Below are positions 42,945 to 56,801 of a stretch of 64,000 nucleotides of DNA, one piece after another; position 1 is the stretch's first letter, and the number at the start of each line of letters is the position of its first letter. The translations under genes were made by a program, and so were the position numbers. Source of the DNA: Octopus vulgaris (Eukaryota). The DNA lies in assembly GCA_951406725.2 (NCBI GenBank), contig OX597838.1:17298001-17362000 (forward strand). The letters run 5' to 3'. The notes below the pieces were generated by a model. That model was not told where the DNA came from and did no database searches. It worked only from the letters and a program-made list of their open reading frames with translations.

Positions 42945-43116
42945 CATATATACGACAGGCTTCTTTCAGTTTCCGTCTACCAAATCCACTCACAAGGCAT
43001 TGGTCGGCCTGGGACTATAGCAGAAGACACTTGCCCAAGATGCCACGCAGTGGGACTTAAACCGGAACAATATGGTTGGTTAGCAAGCGACTTACCACAC
43101 AGCCACTCCTGCGCCT
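42692..43116 (-). mobile_element. SINE family A, full length
   Basis: Reverse complement of 50444-50868. Confidence 0.94.
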
Positions 43117-43389
43117 ATTACCTTTTTTTATTCATATAACCATTTATCAGGGTTTTATAACTCGCCTGGTTATCCCCCTTTTATAAACAACTTTTCTTTT
43201 CATTTCCAAATAGCAAGATCATCGTAGGGGTGCTCTTACGTCTAGTTTGCATAATATATTTACCTTGAGTTAATTTAGAGGCTGGGACAGTGTAAATGAA
43301 TAATAATGAAATTTACCAAAATGTTTGGTGGAGAACCGTCTTAATCATTTCTGTTTGGACGTTCAAACAGATGAATGCCAGAATAAATA

Positions 43390-43714
43390 AAGACTCCGCC
43401 GGTTACGACGACGAGGGTCCCAGCTGATACGATCAACGGAACAGCCTGCTCGTGAAATTAACGTGCAAATGGCTGAGCATTCCACAGACACGTGTACCCT
43501 TAACATAGTTCTCGGGGATAATCAGCGTGACACAGAGAGTGACAAGGCTGACCCTTTGAAATACAAGTACAACTCATTTTTGCCAGATGAGTGGACTGGA
43601 GCAACGTGAAATAAAGTGTCTTGCTCAAGGACACAACGCGTCGCCGGGAATCGAACTCACAACCTTACGATCATGAGCCGAATGCCCTAACCACTAAGCC
43701 ACGCGCCCTCACTT
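43390..43714 (-). mobile_element. SINE family C (tRNA head plus CORE-like domain) with tail type 1
   Basis: TSD CCAGAATAAATA at 43378-43389 and 43715-43726; head shared with 55360-55707, tail shared with family B. Confidence 0.92.
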
Positions 43715-44230
43715 CCAGAATAAATAGCTTTCAGGTGTCAGTGCCATCAAATTGGTTCTCACAAGACCAGGAAGTTAGACGTTGAACGTAGTTTAGTTTC
43801 CAAATCAAACATCGTAGCATACTTAAGCAAATTCAACGTCAACCTCATTCCCCCGATCGTTCTCAACATAAATACCACCACCACCACCACCGCCACCATC
43901 ATAATCATCATTATCATCCTCATCATCATCATCATCACCATTATCATCGTCATCACGTCGACCACAATGATAAACAGTCCCAACATATTCCGTTCTCCCA
44001 CATATGTCCCTAAGGTAGAACAATTATTAGCCCACAATATTCTCACTAAAACCCAGAAACATCTAAGTATGAATACAACAGCTTGAATTTTAAAAAAACC
44101 CCCCAAAAACATGACTTTAAGTAGTTGTATATATATATATATATTCAGCGAAAATATACATATCTCAGTTCTTCAAAGTTCTTTGTATCTTCGGGTTTAG
44201 CAACTTTATAAAAATGACGAGAGAAAGAGG

Positions 44231-44275
<45 letters not shown>

Positions 44276-44565
44276 TAAGAAAAGAGAGACAGAGTGCCTA
44301 GGAGGGGAGCATTTATATTTGTGGACGGGTAGGTAAGTTGTAGATAAGGGTCAATAGTGAACATATAACTGGAATTTCAGCCGCGGAATTGCGAAAGAAT
44401 ACAAAAATAGTTATTCAATTTTCTTTTAGATTGTGATTATATTTTCAATGATATTTTGTCCCACAACAGTTCTTGAGAACTCTACATACAAATAAGCCAT
44501 CATTAGAAATCTGTATAATTGAACAGAGTTTATCAAGTGTGTATATATATATATATATATATATA

Positions 44566-44770
44566 CGAGGGTTGCTGAAAAGTTCCTGGCTTCAAGCGTA
44601 ACAAGAAAGGCCTGGTCGGAGGCCCAACCTTCCGTGTTCTATTACAGAGCTTAGAAAAACTGAAGGACCGCTGCAATAGGTGTGTGAATATGAAAGAAGA
44701 ATATGTTGAATAAAATCATAATTAACTGATCCTCCTGTATTTTCTCTTAGCCAAAAGTTCTCAGCACCTT
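44566..44770 (+). mobile_element. Mariner-derived MITE-sized relic
   Basis: TA|CGAGGGTTGCTGAAAAGTTCCTGGCT TIR with a degraded inverse at the right end; LEKLKDRCNRCVNMKEEYVE* C-terminus. Confidence 0.75.
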
Positions 44771-44801
44771 ATATGCCTAGTATGTATAAATAAATAAATA
44801 A

Positions 44802-44854
<53 letters not shown>

Positions 44855-45204
44855 CTAAATCGTTTATCCTGTTTGATTATTCCTAATATTTATATATATA
44901 TATATATATAAGCGAAAACTTAAAACACTGAGATTTGAAATCAGATGTCAGTACTGTTCATATCATCTGTGGATATATTTTAAAATTGATGATATCACCA
45001 GCAGTGACATAGGTGAATCGCAGGTGCAATAGCATTAGATAGGTATGAATTATAAATTTGCACGAAGCGTAATGAAGCTTAACAAGCATCTACCTGCTAG
45101 AAATAAGAGCACCAACATAACAGACAAAAACGGCATGCGAGGAAAACACAAAGAATTAACACATTTAAAAGCACAAAATAAAAATATTATGCAATGAGGG
45201 ATAT

Positions 45205-45259
45205 CCACAAACCAGGTTTCGGCTTTTGGATATCTAAACCCTGAGCTTCATCGGTGTGG
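45205..45259 (-). ncRNA. Hammerhead ribozyme (U4C variant)
   Basis: CCACA-CCGAUGAA-GCU...AGC-CGAAAC cug GUU-UGUGG; perfect 5-bp stem I. Confidence 0.72.
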
Positions 45260-45395
45260 CCTACCGGGTAATGATCCATAACTGTCACGTGAAACTCTGA
45301 CAGTGCAACTGGTTTTGTTTTGCGCAAAAACCAGAGCACATGATGCATAAAAATTTATATACAAACATACACATTATAAAATATGAATTGAAGCA

Positions 45396-45448
<53 letters not shown>

Positions 45449-45450
<2 letters not shown>

Positions 45451-45803
45451 AGCAGTATCGCCCGGCGTTGCTCGGGTTTGTAAGGGAAATAACTATAAAG
45501 CATTTTTAGAGAGTTATAGCCAAAAAATGGGAAAAAAAATGATGGTAAATTTTTTTTTTAGTTAAAAAGGTCGAGTTGCGTCTGTGGTTTGTGGTTTGTG
45601 ATTCTCGACCCCATGTCGAATTTATCGATTTTTTTCAGAACTGGGGGAACTTTTCAAAATTTTCGCTGCGTTAGTTTTGAATTATGACATTGGGCTATGT
45701 GTGTGTCAAGTTTCATCAGAATCGGTTGAAAGCCGTGGTCAGTGTGAGGGTACAACCTAACAGACACACAGAAACACACACAGACAAACTGCCGTTTATA
45801 TAT

Positions 45804-45808
<5 letters not shown>
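45449..45808 (-). mobile_element. Non-autonomous Helitron, family E
   Basis: A|TCTCTATATATAAAC...CCCGAGCAACGCCGGG...CTAG|T; inserted in (TA)n. Confidence 0.88.
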
Positions 45809-45851
<43 letters not shown>

Positions 45852-47131
45852 CTTATATAAATTATATATACACTATATATGCATCGATGCACTCATACAC
45901 AAAGACACACATTTACGTACACACAGATCCTATACAATGCGTGGTTTTGCAAGCACATCAGTGCATTAATCTGGACCCCATTGAGTTAAGTACGATTGCG
46001 TGAATATGAAATGGAATCCTCCCTACTAAAAATAATTGAATGCACAATCCCCTTGAATTTTGAGGGGACTCCATCCTCGAGGCCCTAAATTACTTTCGTT
46101 TCGCCTAGTAGTATTTCTGTCAAAGACCTTGGACGCACTCACACTCTCATTTCTCATCAGTCGCCAGCCTAGCATGCAAAATATCTTCATTGCTTAGAAA
46201 TGTTTCATGCCTATTTATTGTTAAGTTGGATATCCTTATTTCACGTTGAAAATGCTTAATATTTTGATTTGCTGATTGTCTATAAATACAATATTATCCA
46301 TTGAAATATGCATAAAAACCGTATTGAATAATTACATGTTTACCTGAATAAAATATTCAGGCTTTTATGAAATGGTAATCGAAGGGTAAATAACTCTGGA
46401 TCTCTAGAGTATGTTTGTCAGGGAAAATAAGCGAGTGAGGTTTGTAACGATGTGACAGCGCTCCATGTGAAGACATTTGTGAATAGAATCATATGTATAT
46501 ATAGAGAGTATACAGCCACATAAAATGGCGTATCGATGAGAGGTACGCGTCTCTCGTTTCTGTAATTTCTATAATCGCATCAAATTTCTTTCACCGTTTT
46601 AGTAAATATGAATTTCGGATTTCTACGTTTCGCACGATTCACTCGGACGCTGTCAATTTCTGCTGTGTTTATATTTCATAAGTGTGTGTGAGTCTGTATG
46701 TGTGCGTGCGTGTGTGTGTGTGTGTGTGTGTGTGCACGTGTGTGCGAAAATGTGGGTTTGTATACAAACATGCATACCATACCCACGTACATACGTATAT
46801 CCGTACGTATGCATGTATATATGTATGCAAGTAAGTATGTGTTTGTATACATTTATATATGTATGTGTGTAATGTATATATACATGTAGTATATAATATA
46901 TATATATATGTCGATGTATCTACAAATGTATGTATATACATGTATGTATACACACACACACAGATATATATATATATACATATGTAGATATATATACATA
47001 TATATGTGTGCATATATATGTGTATGTGTGTATATATATAGAGAGAGATATACATAGTTATGTACATATATATATATATGTATATATATGTGTGTGTACG
47101 TGTGTCTTTGCGAATGTGTGTATGTATGCAT

Positions 47132-47170
<39 letters not shown>

Positions 47171-47531
47171 CAGGTATTATCACATACATACATACGTGTA
47201 AATGTATATATATGTATATAGATATACATGTATATTTAAATGTATGTATGTTATTATATATGCATATATGCATGTAAATTTATGTATGTATGCATGTATG
47301 TATATATAAAGAAGAAAAAAAATTGCATTACATATTTTTAATGTAGATTGTGAAGAATTTGGAGGAAGATATCCACGGCGTTTAACTTGCATTCGGTGTC
47401 CCAGTTCGTTATACTAAGAAAAAGACGATCGTTTGAGAACGAAGGTCAACCACGATCAAAAAGTCAACGTGTTCCATTACTGTACTGATTGAATTGTATT
47501 TGATTAACATCTTTCTCTTCGTTTCTTCTAG

Positions 47532-47609
47532 GTTAGGATTGGCAGAGTATGTGACAAGCAGACAGAGGGAATCGCTAGCGTCCATTTCAAATCGGTCCAG
47601 GAGAACGGG
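47532..47609 (+). other. Candidate 78-bp internal exon of an unidentified host gene
   Basis: Branch-like TTAAC, polypyrimidine tract, TTCTAG acceptor and G|GTAAGG donor; length is a multiple of 3; two frames open. Confidence 0.4.
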
Positions 47610-47782
47610 GTAAGGAGCAGTATGTTTTGCCTTGCTCCGTTTCCGCCTAGTATTATTTTTCAATGTCTTTTTGGAATGTTTGCAGTAGTTCCTAGAAGAA
47701 ATTAGCTTAGCCGTCACTGTCATCGTCATCGTCATCGTCGTCACCTTTATCGTCGTCGTCGTTTCTTGTTGTTTAGCAATTG

Positions 47783-48314
<532 letters not shown>

Positions 48315-48934
48315 CACCGTTTTGTGTCAACACACAAAAAAGGCGTTATAACTACCGCTGCAAATACATTATAAGTCTCTTTCATTTAGTCATCGGGCGA
48401 CAATATAGTTTGTTCAACACGACATCGGCCAATGGCAGTTTGAAAGAAAGAAAATTTACAAAGAAACCAATAATAATTTCAATGATTAGGTCTAAAGCGG
48501 TTGGTAAATTTCAACGTATTTCTGTACATATTCCTTTCGTGTTAATACTGTATCAACTATGGAATATATCAGTCTGCTCTTAGGCGTCTGCGCGTGTGAG
48601 TTCAAGCCTGTGCGTACGCGCGTATTATACATACATATTATGTATAATATACATAAACAATGTATACAGATAAATGTATGTATAAAAATTATATTCTTAT
48701 ATATATATATACATATATATATATGTATATGTATATATATACCTGTATAAATATATGTATATATATGTATATATATGTATATTTATATATGTCTATACAT
48801 ATATATATATATATATGTATTTATATATATATATATGTATATTTATATATGTATATATATATATATATGTGTATATATATGTATATATATACATATATAC
48901 ATACACGTGTATATATATGTATATGTATGCATAT

Positions 48935-48966
<32 letters not shown>

Positions 48967-49531
48967 GTTTATTTAGACATGCATATTTGTACCTGTGCAC
49001 ATATATACACTTAGACATATATACATAATGTATGTATTTATGTATATATATGTATATGCATATGCATGTGTGTATATATATTTGCATCTTTCTGTGAGTA
49101 TAAGTGTGTATATTTCTGTTTCCGTTAGTGTCCCATGTGAATATATTTGTAGGTTACAGTCTTATCTACAAAATTGCATCATCACTTATTTTCGCACATT
49201 TTAGTTTGCGCATGCGTCGAATAAAGGGCAATCATCGTTGTAGTTCCCGACACAATTCTCACTCGTGTATCATATTTTTGTATTATACCTTTGCACACCA
49301 CTGTAGAGAAGTTGTGATTAGTGGGTCAGAAAAAAATAAGAACAGAAAAAAGAAAAAACAAAAAAACATTGTCGATATGCGTACATAGGCGCAAAAGAAA
49401 GTGTTTATCTAAATCATTCGAGAAACATTTTTTATTAGTATTCAGTACAAGGATATATTCGTCCCATATATCGCACTGCAAATACGATTACTTTATAATT
49501 GATTCCGTATGATGATATACACTTGTATGTG

Positions 49532-49587
<56 letters not shown>

Positions 49588-49617
49588 GTATATATATTTG
49601 CGTGTATACGCGCGTAC

Positions 49618-49648
<31 letters not shown>

Positions 49649-49692
49649 TATATTTATATGTATATATATTTGCGTGTATACGCGCGTACATA

Positions 49693-49738
<46 letters not shown>

Positions 49739-49739
49739 C

Positions 49740-49874
49740 ATTTACAATGCGGTTGCATGTAAAGGAATGGCAGAAAAATATATTTATTTTTCTCTCCTTC
49801 AAATTTTGTTATTTACAATGCGGTTGCATGTAAAGGAATGGCAGAAAAACGGTTATTTTTCTCCTTAAATTTTG
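49740..49874. repeat. ~71-bp tandem duplication containing a small hairpin
   Basis: TTTACAATGCGGTTGCATGTAAAGGAATGGCAGAAAAA at 49741 and 49812. Confidence 0.9.
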
Positions 49875-50443
49875 ATATTGCATCTCTTTTGCACATTGGG
49901 TTGTAGAATTTTGTTAAAGCAAAATTTCAGAATTGCGATTGAAAGAACAAACCGTTCCGACATCTTGGATTGTAGATGGAAAAAAAATGCATTTTATCGT
50001 TTTATGATAGCAAATGAATGTATTTATGCCATGTCGTTTCATATTGTTATCTCAAGCCTTGTTTAATTACTTTGAAATACATCTGTTTTTTTCACTATAT
50101 AATCATTGTTTTATACCAGCTAATCATTTGCATCCGGTGGTTTTATATCAACGGTTGTCTAATTAATGTTTTATACCAGATAATCAATGTTTTCTGGGAT
50201 GGGAGATGTGTGTTCAAGTTAATGAAATGCTTTTTTTTTACCTTAAATCATACTCCAACTTTCTGGTCAATTCCTATAAGAAAATATAAGTACCAGCCCA
50301 AGCAAATATGAATGATTTTATTGCCAAAACGGATTTATTTTGATTTAGAAGTCTTTCAGAATATTCTCTGAAAGTTGATTGAAAGCATTGTCATAGAAAT
50401 TGTTCGATTTAAATATATATGAAGTAGCTGGGGTACCAGTTAT

Positions 50444-50617
50444 AGGCGCAGGAGTGGCTGTGTGGTAAGTAGCTTGCTTACCAACCACATGGTTCCGGGT
50501 TCAGTCCCACTGCGTGGCATCTTGGGCAAGTGTCTTCTGCTATAGCCTCGGGCCGACCAATGCCTTGAGAGTGGATTTGGTAGACGGAAACTGAAAGAAG
50601 CCTGTCGTATATATGTG

Positions 50618-50667
<50 letters not shown>

Positions 50668-50868
50668 TCCCCCTAGCATTGCTTGACAACCGATGCTGGT
50701 GTGTTTACGTGCCCGTCACTTAGCGGTTCGGCAAAAAAAAGACCGATAGAATAAGTACTGGGCTTACAAAGAATAAGTCCAGGGGTCGATTTGCTCGACT
50801 AAAGGCGGTGCTCCAGCATGGCCACAGTCAAATGACTGAAACAAGTAAAAGAGTAAAAGAGAGAGAGA
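50444..50868 (+). mobile_element. SINE family A, full length
   Basis: GGCGCAGGAG-TGGCTGTGTGG (A-box)...GGTTCAGTCCC (B-box), CORE-like block, internal (TA)(TG), (GTAAAAGA)n tail. Confidence 0.95.
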
Positions 50869-51099
50869 GTTATGTACCAATTCATTAATTACTACATTAA
50901 TTACAATTTATAAATAACTATTAATATTTATGTTTATGTATTTGTTCTGCAAGATTTTTGATGTGTAATCGAGTATTGAAACATATATTGTTATATTTGG
51001 GGATGGTCATCTTTTTTGTCAGTTAACCGCCCCCACCCCACTGGACTAAGTACTTAGTCTTCACTTCAGCTTTACTATTATTCTTACAATTATATGAAG

Positions 51100-51305
51100 T
51101 GAACTGGCTGAATCGATAGCACGTTGGGCAAAATGCTTGGCGGTATTTCGTCCATCTATACGTTTTGAGTTCAAATTCTGCCGACATCGACTTCGCTTTT
51201 TATCATTTCGGATTCGATAAAATAAGTACCAGTTGAGCACTGGGGCTTATGCAAACGACTTATCCACCCACTCGAACTTCCTGGCCTTGTTACAAAATTT
51301 GAAAT
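51100..51305 (+). mobile_element. SINE family D, older copy with alternative tail
   Basis: D head and middle, then CTGGCCTTGTTACAAAATTTGAAA instead of the GCCCCTTGTGGG tail. Confidence 0.8.
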
Positions 51306-52021
51306 CAGTATTTAATTATGTGCTTCTTTACCATTAATTAAACCCATTCGGAATCGATAAATATAAACAAGTAGTGTACCGGATCAAATTACGTTATATG
51401 TATCTTCCTTTACAATTTTTTTTATGCGAACCTTTACGAATATTACAAATTTTCCATGCAACTTTATAACACTCTACTAATAAAAATCACTTTTTTCTAC
51501 AGTTGTGTAAGCCTGAACTAATGTCAAAACATGACCTCCACAATGTATGTAAGCTTGGACTAACCTCATAACAAATCCCCTTACACGTGTATAACCACTA
51601 CATCATGAAATTACACGAGATCTCATTTTAGAATCAAAAATGTTTTAAATTTTTTCCTGATTCAATTTTATTTATCTACATACTTTTAAATTTATTTCCT
51701 TATTTTATATTGCACTGGCGCACATGTTTCCAATGGGCAAATCATTAGCTCACTGGATTTATGACTGCAACAGTAATAAGGAAGTGTGTGCAAACTAGGT
51801 ACAGAACAAATATATCATGGGTCTTCGTTCAAAAACAAATGATTTTTTAGTTTCTCCTAGCAATGCTTACTTTTTTCATCCATATACGTCATGCACACAC
51901 ACACACACAATTGAGCAGTCTTGAAAATTTGGGTAATCAACTACTTGTGACCAACTCAGGCGACCCTGATTCAACAGTTTCTCTTTTTCCCCCATTGCTC
52001 TAATCATAATGCTAACCACTA

Positions 52022-52410
52022 GGAGGCGCAATGGCCCAGTGGTTAGGGCAGCGGACTCGCGGTCATAGGATCGCGGTTTCGATTCCCAGACCGGGCGTTG
52101 TGAGTGTTTATTGAGCGAAAACACCTAAAAAGCTCCACGAGGATCCGGCAGGGGATGGTGGTGATCCCTGCTGTACTCTTTCACCACAACTTTCTCTCAC
52201 TCTTACTTCCTGTTTCTGTTGTACCTGTATTTCAAAGGGCCGGCCTTGTCACTCTCTGTGTCACGCTGAATATCCCCGAGAACTACGTTAAGGGTACACG
52301 TGTCTGTGGAGTGCTCAGCCACTTACACGTTAATTTCACGAGCAGGCTGTTCCGTTGATTCGGATCAACCGGAACCCTCATCGTCGTAACCGACGGAGTG
52401 CTTCCTCCTA
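52022..52410 (+). mobile_element. SINE family B, full length, tail type 1
   Basis: 14-bp TSD AATGCTAACCACTA at 52008-52021 and 52411-52424. Confidence 0.95.
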
Positions 52411-52654
52411 AATGCTAACCACTACAATGTGCAAATTGTGGGACACTGACTACTTGTTCGCTCATCCGTATCAATAAAGGCCATCTCTTCCCTCTTCACT
52501 CAGTGGGAGTATCCTGCAAACTAGTGACAACTTAAATAAATACGAGCACGAAGCAATTTGTCGGACATTAAGAACTCCGAGTTTAATTGGCCAATGGCTT
52601 TTGAGTTTCTTACTGCCGTCATTTGTTTAGCATCTCTGATTTTGGTTTTTGAGA

Positions 52655-52725
52655 TCATCACCACCACCATCATCATCATCATCATCATCATCATCGTCAT
52701 CATCATCATCATCGTCATCATCATC

Positions 52726-52779
<54 letters not shown>

Positions 52780-52830
52780 GTCATCATCGTCATCATCATC
52801 ATCATCATCACCATCACCATCATCATCATC

Positions 52831-52862
<32 letters not shown>

Positions 52863-53605
52863 CATCATCTTCACCATCGTCATCATCGTCATCATCATCA
52901 TCACCACCACCATCATCATCGTCATCATCGTCATCATCATCATTATCATCACCATCATCTTCATCATCATCATCATGTTCACCATTGTCGTCGTCGTCGT
53001 CCGCGTCGTCATTATCGCTGTTTTCGTTATCATTATCATCGACGTCGTCATCGGCATCGGCATCGTCACTATCATTGTCGTCGCCATCATCATCATCGTC
53101 GTCATTATCATCATCATCAACATCATCACCATCATGATGATGATGATCATCGTCGTCGTCGTCTTCATTATCGCTGTCATCATCGTCATCATCAACGTCG
53201 TCGTGGACATCGTCATTATCATTATCGTAGCCAACATCATCATCATCATCATCGTCATCGTCATCGTCATCATCATCATCATCATCATCATCGTCATCGT
53301 CATCATCGTCATCGTCATCATCGTCATCATCGTCGTCATCATCATCATCATCATCATCGTCATCGTCATCATCGTCATCATCATCATCATCGTCATCATC
53401 ATCATCATCATCATCGTCATCGTCATCATCGTCATCATCATCATCGTCATCATCATCATCATCATCGTCATCATCATCATCATCATCGTCATCATCATCA
53501 TCATCATCATCGTCATCATCATTATCATCGTCATCATCATCATCGTCATCGTCATCATCGTCATCATCGTCATCATCATCATCGTCATCATCATTATCAT
53601 CGTCA

Positions 53606-53636
<31 letters not shown>

Positions 53637-53790
53637 TGTCATTATCTCTGTCATCATCATCATCATCATCATCGATGTTGTCCTCGGCATCGTCACAATC
53701 ATTGGTCGCCGCCATCACCGTCGTCGTCGTCATCCGTTCGTCGTTGTCATTATCGCTGTCGGCATCATCATCATCACCACCATCATCATC
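52655..53790. repeat. ~1.1-kb imperfect (ATC/GTC)n trinucleotide array
   Basis: Direct inspection; produces poly-D, poly-I and poly-M ORFs. Confidence 0.95.
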
Positions 53791-54153
53791 GACATCTTCC
53801 AATCATTCGTTTCTCCTCCTCCTCCTCCTCCTTCCTATCTCCATCAGTGCTACCTATCTACGTCACTATCGCCGCCCACCACATTGCTATCGTTTAGATT
53901 CACCTGGGGCACAATCCATTTGAAGTACTCCGAGTGTCTCTGAGTGGCTTTATCTCGCGCTGCGATCTTAACTCTAACGCTGTTTTGCTTGCAACTTTGC
54001 TTTCATCTCCAACAATTTTACATTTTAAGTAGAATAGTTTACAGCAACATCTTCCGGAACCAACCAGGGAAGTTAGGCAAGAGGCTGTCATCCAACGAGG
54101 CTTTTCGTGTCCATTGTCAACGATGGTTGATGGGAATCCTTCAATGGAATGTA

Positions 54154-54187
<34 letters not shown>

Positions 54188-54248
54188 TTACTTGCTCTTT
54201 CTCTCTTTCTCTCGCCCTGTCTTTCTCTTTTTCTCTTTCACACAAATT

Positions 54249-54291
<43 letters not shown>

Positions 54292-54361
54292 GTATGCATG
54301 ACACAAATATACAATATAATGTATAATTCTATCTATTTATATCATATCTTTCTCTCTCCCA

Positions 54362-54404
<43 letters not shown>

Positions 54405-54440
54405 ATATATATATATATGTATGTATGTATATATACACAC

Positions 54441-54472
<32 letters not shown>

Positions 54473-55062
54473 ACACACACAAACACACACACTCATATGT
54501 ATACATACATGTATATATATGTGTGTATGTATGTATGTACTCATATGTATACACACATGTATATATATGTGTGTATGTGTGTGGCGAACACTGCTGTATT
54601 CTTTCACCACCACTTTCTCTCACTCTTTCATCCTGCTTCTGTTGTAGCTGTGTGTGTGTGTGCGTGTATGTGTGTGTGTGTTTGTGTGTGTGTACATATA
54701 CGTGTATATATATATATATATTTATATACATAAACATACACTTCATCTCATTAAAGAAATCTAATCTCTCTATTTCCCCTACAACTGCGTCATCACCTAC
54801 CACACTATCTTAATAAAACCACAAATAAATTCTTTAGTTACACCATCAACACACTCACAAAAAGCCGGGGTACGCTTAAACACAGACGTACATAGGAACA
54901 TGTAAATATATTTATATATAAACAGAATTAGTTAAACTCTTTAATATACCATAGTAAATTAAATAATCGTTACACAGACGATTACATAATCAACTTGAAA
55001 CTCCAGATATTCACAAGAAATTGGTAATTTAATTCCTTGTTAATTACTAACCTCAGGTGGTA

Positions 55063-55095
<33 letters not shown>

Positions 55096-55177
55096 ATACC
55101 TATATACGTCTTTTCTCTCTCTCTCTCTCTCCGTTTTTTTTTTCTCGTTTTCTCTCAGTTTTTTTTCCTTTCAATCA

Positions 55178-55212
55178 TTTCTGTCGAGGAGCATAGGCTC
55201 GAAACGTCGAAA
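55178..55212 (+). ncRNA. Hammerhead motif with A6U core substitution (probably inactive)
   Basis: UUU-CUGUCGAG-GAGC auag GCUC-GAAAC-GUC-GAAA; ~90 nt before (TACA)n. Confidence 0.7.
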
Positions 55213-55359
55213 ACTTGTCCATTTTTTCCGAGCATCAAACTAATACACTTGCTTGCTGTTCTCTCACCTGTCTTCGTCTTTTGCTTTTTGTAAATTTGAA
55301 CTATACATACATACATACATACATACATACATACATACATACATACATACATACATACA

Positions 55360-55707
55360 TGGTGATGGTGACCCCCTTCGGTCAGACACTGACCATGGGT
55401 TTGCACCTAGAGAGTTTCTCTCTGAGGTACAAGTCTGGGCAAGGTTGTTTTTTATGGAAGACCAACAGTCGCCCATGCATACCGGCCTCCCCTCTCCACG
55501 TCACCGATGTTGTCCGAGGGAAAGGTAAGGGCCGATACAGCTTGGCACCTGTGACGTCGCAACTCAATTCCCTAGCTGAGTGAACTGGAGCAACGTGAAA
55601 TAAAGTGTCTTGCTCAAGAACACAACACGCAGCCCGGTCCGGGATTTGAACTCACAACCTCATGATCGTAAACCCGACGCTCTAACCACTGAGCCACGCG
55701 CCTTCAC
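55360..55707 (-). mobile_element. SINE family C with tail type 3, inserted in (TACA)n
   Basis: Head GGCGCGTGGCTCAGTGG...GTTCAAATCCC plus CTTGAGCAAGACACTTTATTTCACGTTGCTCCAG, as in 43390-43714; unrelated 3' half. Confidence 0.9.
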
Positions 55708-56540
55708 TACATACATACATACATACATACATACATACATACATACATACATACATACATACACAGAGGTACACACACACTCAAAATTACGAAAGATCTG
55801 CTAATAGTTTAATGTTTTATGATACCTTAAATTGGCAGATTTATAAATTACACCGTGTATCTCTAAGCAATCTTTCAGTCTATGTTCATACGTTAGAACG
55901 CTTGTCTATGACGGAAACTGAACTCACATATAAGCTTTTGGTGTACAATACACTCTTGTCTATATCGCTAGTGGGAAGATAATTGTCGGATCAACTCAAA
56001 ATAAACAGATATTTCTGTTTAAAGTATACTATGTTAAAATAAAATACAGGATACATTGGCCAAAAAATGTCAAGCTCTTGGAATCTATCTGCTTTCATCA
56101 GCATGAGAACATTCTTTCGAATTGGAAGTGACGTCATCTCTAAATAAAGTTCATTTAGATATGAACTTTAGAATTAAAAAAATATAGACAGTTTGATGTT
56201 TATGTCATCAGTCGTAGAACCATATGAAAAAATCAACGGAATAAACGATAATGGTAAACAGCAGCAAGAGAGGCCAAACGGGGAAAGTAAATTTCCTTCA
56301 ACATGAGATTGTGAAAGATCAGGCAAACATTTAAGCTATCTCTGTGTATTTACTGTTGACACTGTTGTTCTCGGCGTAAAATAAGGATTGAGAGTTTTAT
56401 ATACGGAGTTTTATATACATATATACATACATACATATGTGTGTGTGCCTGTGTGTGTGTGTGTCTGTGTGTGTTAAATAAAATGAGAAACAAAGCAAAG
56501 GCTGTGTGGAGTTTTCAGGACATTTATAAAGAGAAAGTTA

Positions 56541-56588
56541 GTCTTACAGCTGTTTCTGGGATATTTTGGATATCCCTTCATCAGAGAC
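56541..56588 (-). ncRNA. Hammerhead ribozyme, intact core and stems
   Basis: GUCU-CUGAUGAA-GGGAUAU ccaaa AUAUCCC-A-GAAAC agcu GUA-AGAC. Confidence 0.88.
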
Positions 56589-56692
56589 GATGTGAGATGA
56601 TTAAATAGAGGGAAATATTAGAGTTCAATATAAGGAGTTATTTTGGAAGAGGAAGCAAATAAGGGTCTCCTGGATACTAATACCTCTCATAC

Positions 56693-56751
<59 letters not shown>

Positions 56752-56801
56752 CGTATGAGTGGCTAATTCGCAATTTTACAACCTAAAAGCAGAAATATAT
56801 A

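Noticed and set aside
52022-52100. tRNA gene (also at other SINE heads)
   Set aside because: A and B boxes are present, but the sequence continues into a SINE body with TSDs and there is no proper cloverleaf.
52521-53943. Poly-M and poly-I ORFs of ~400 aa
   Set aside because: Alternate frames of the (ATC)n array.
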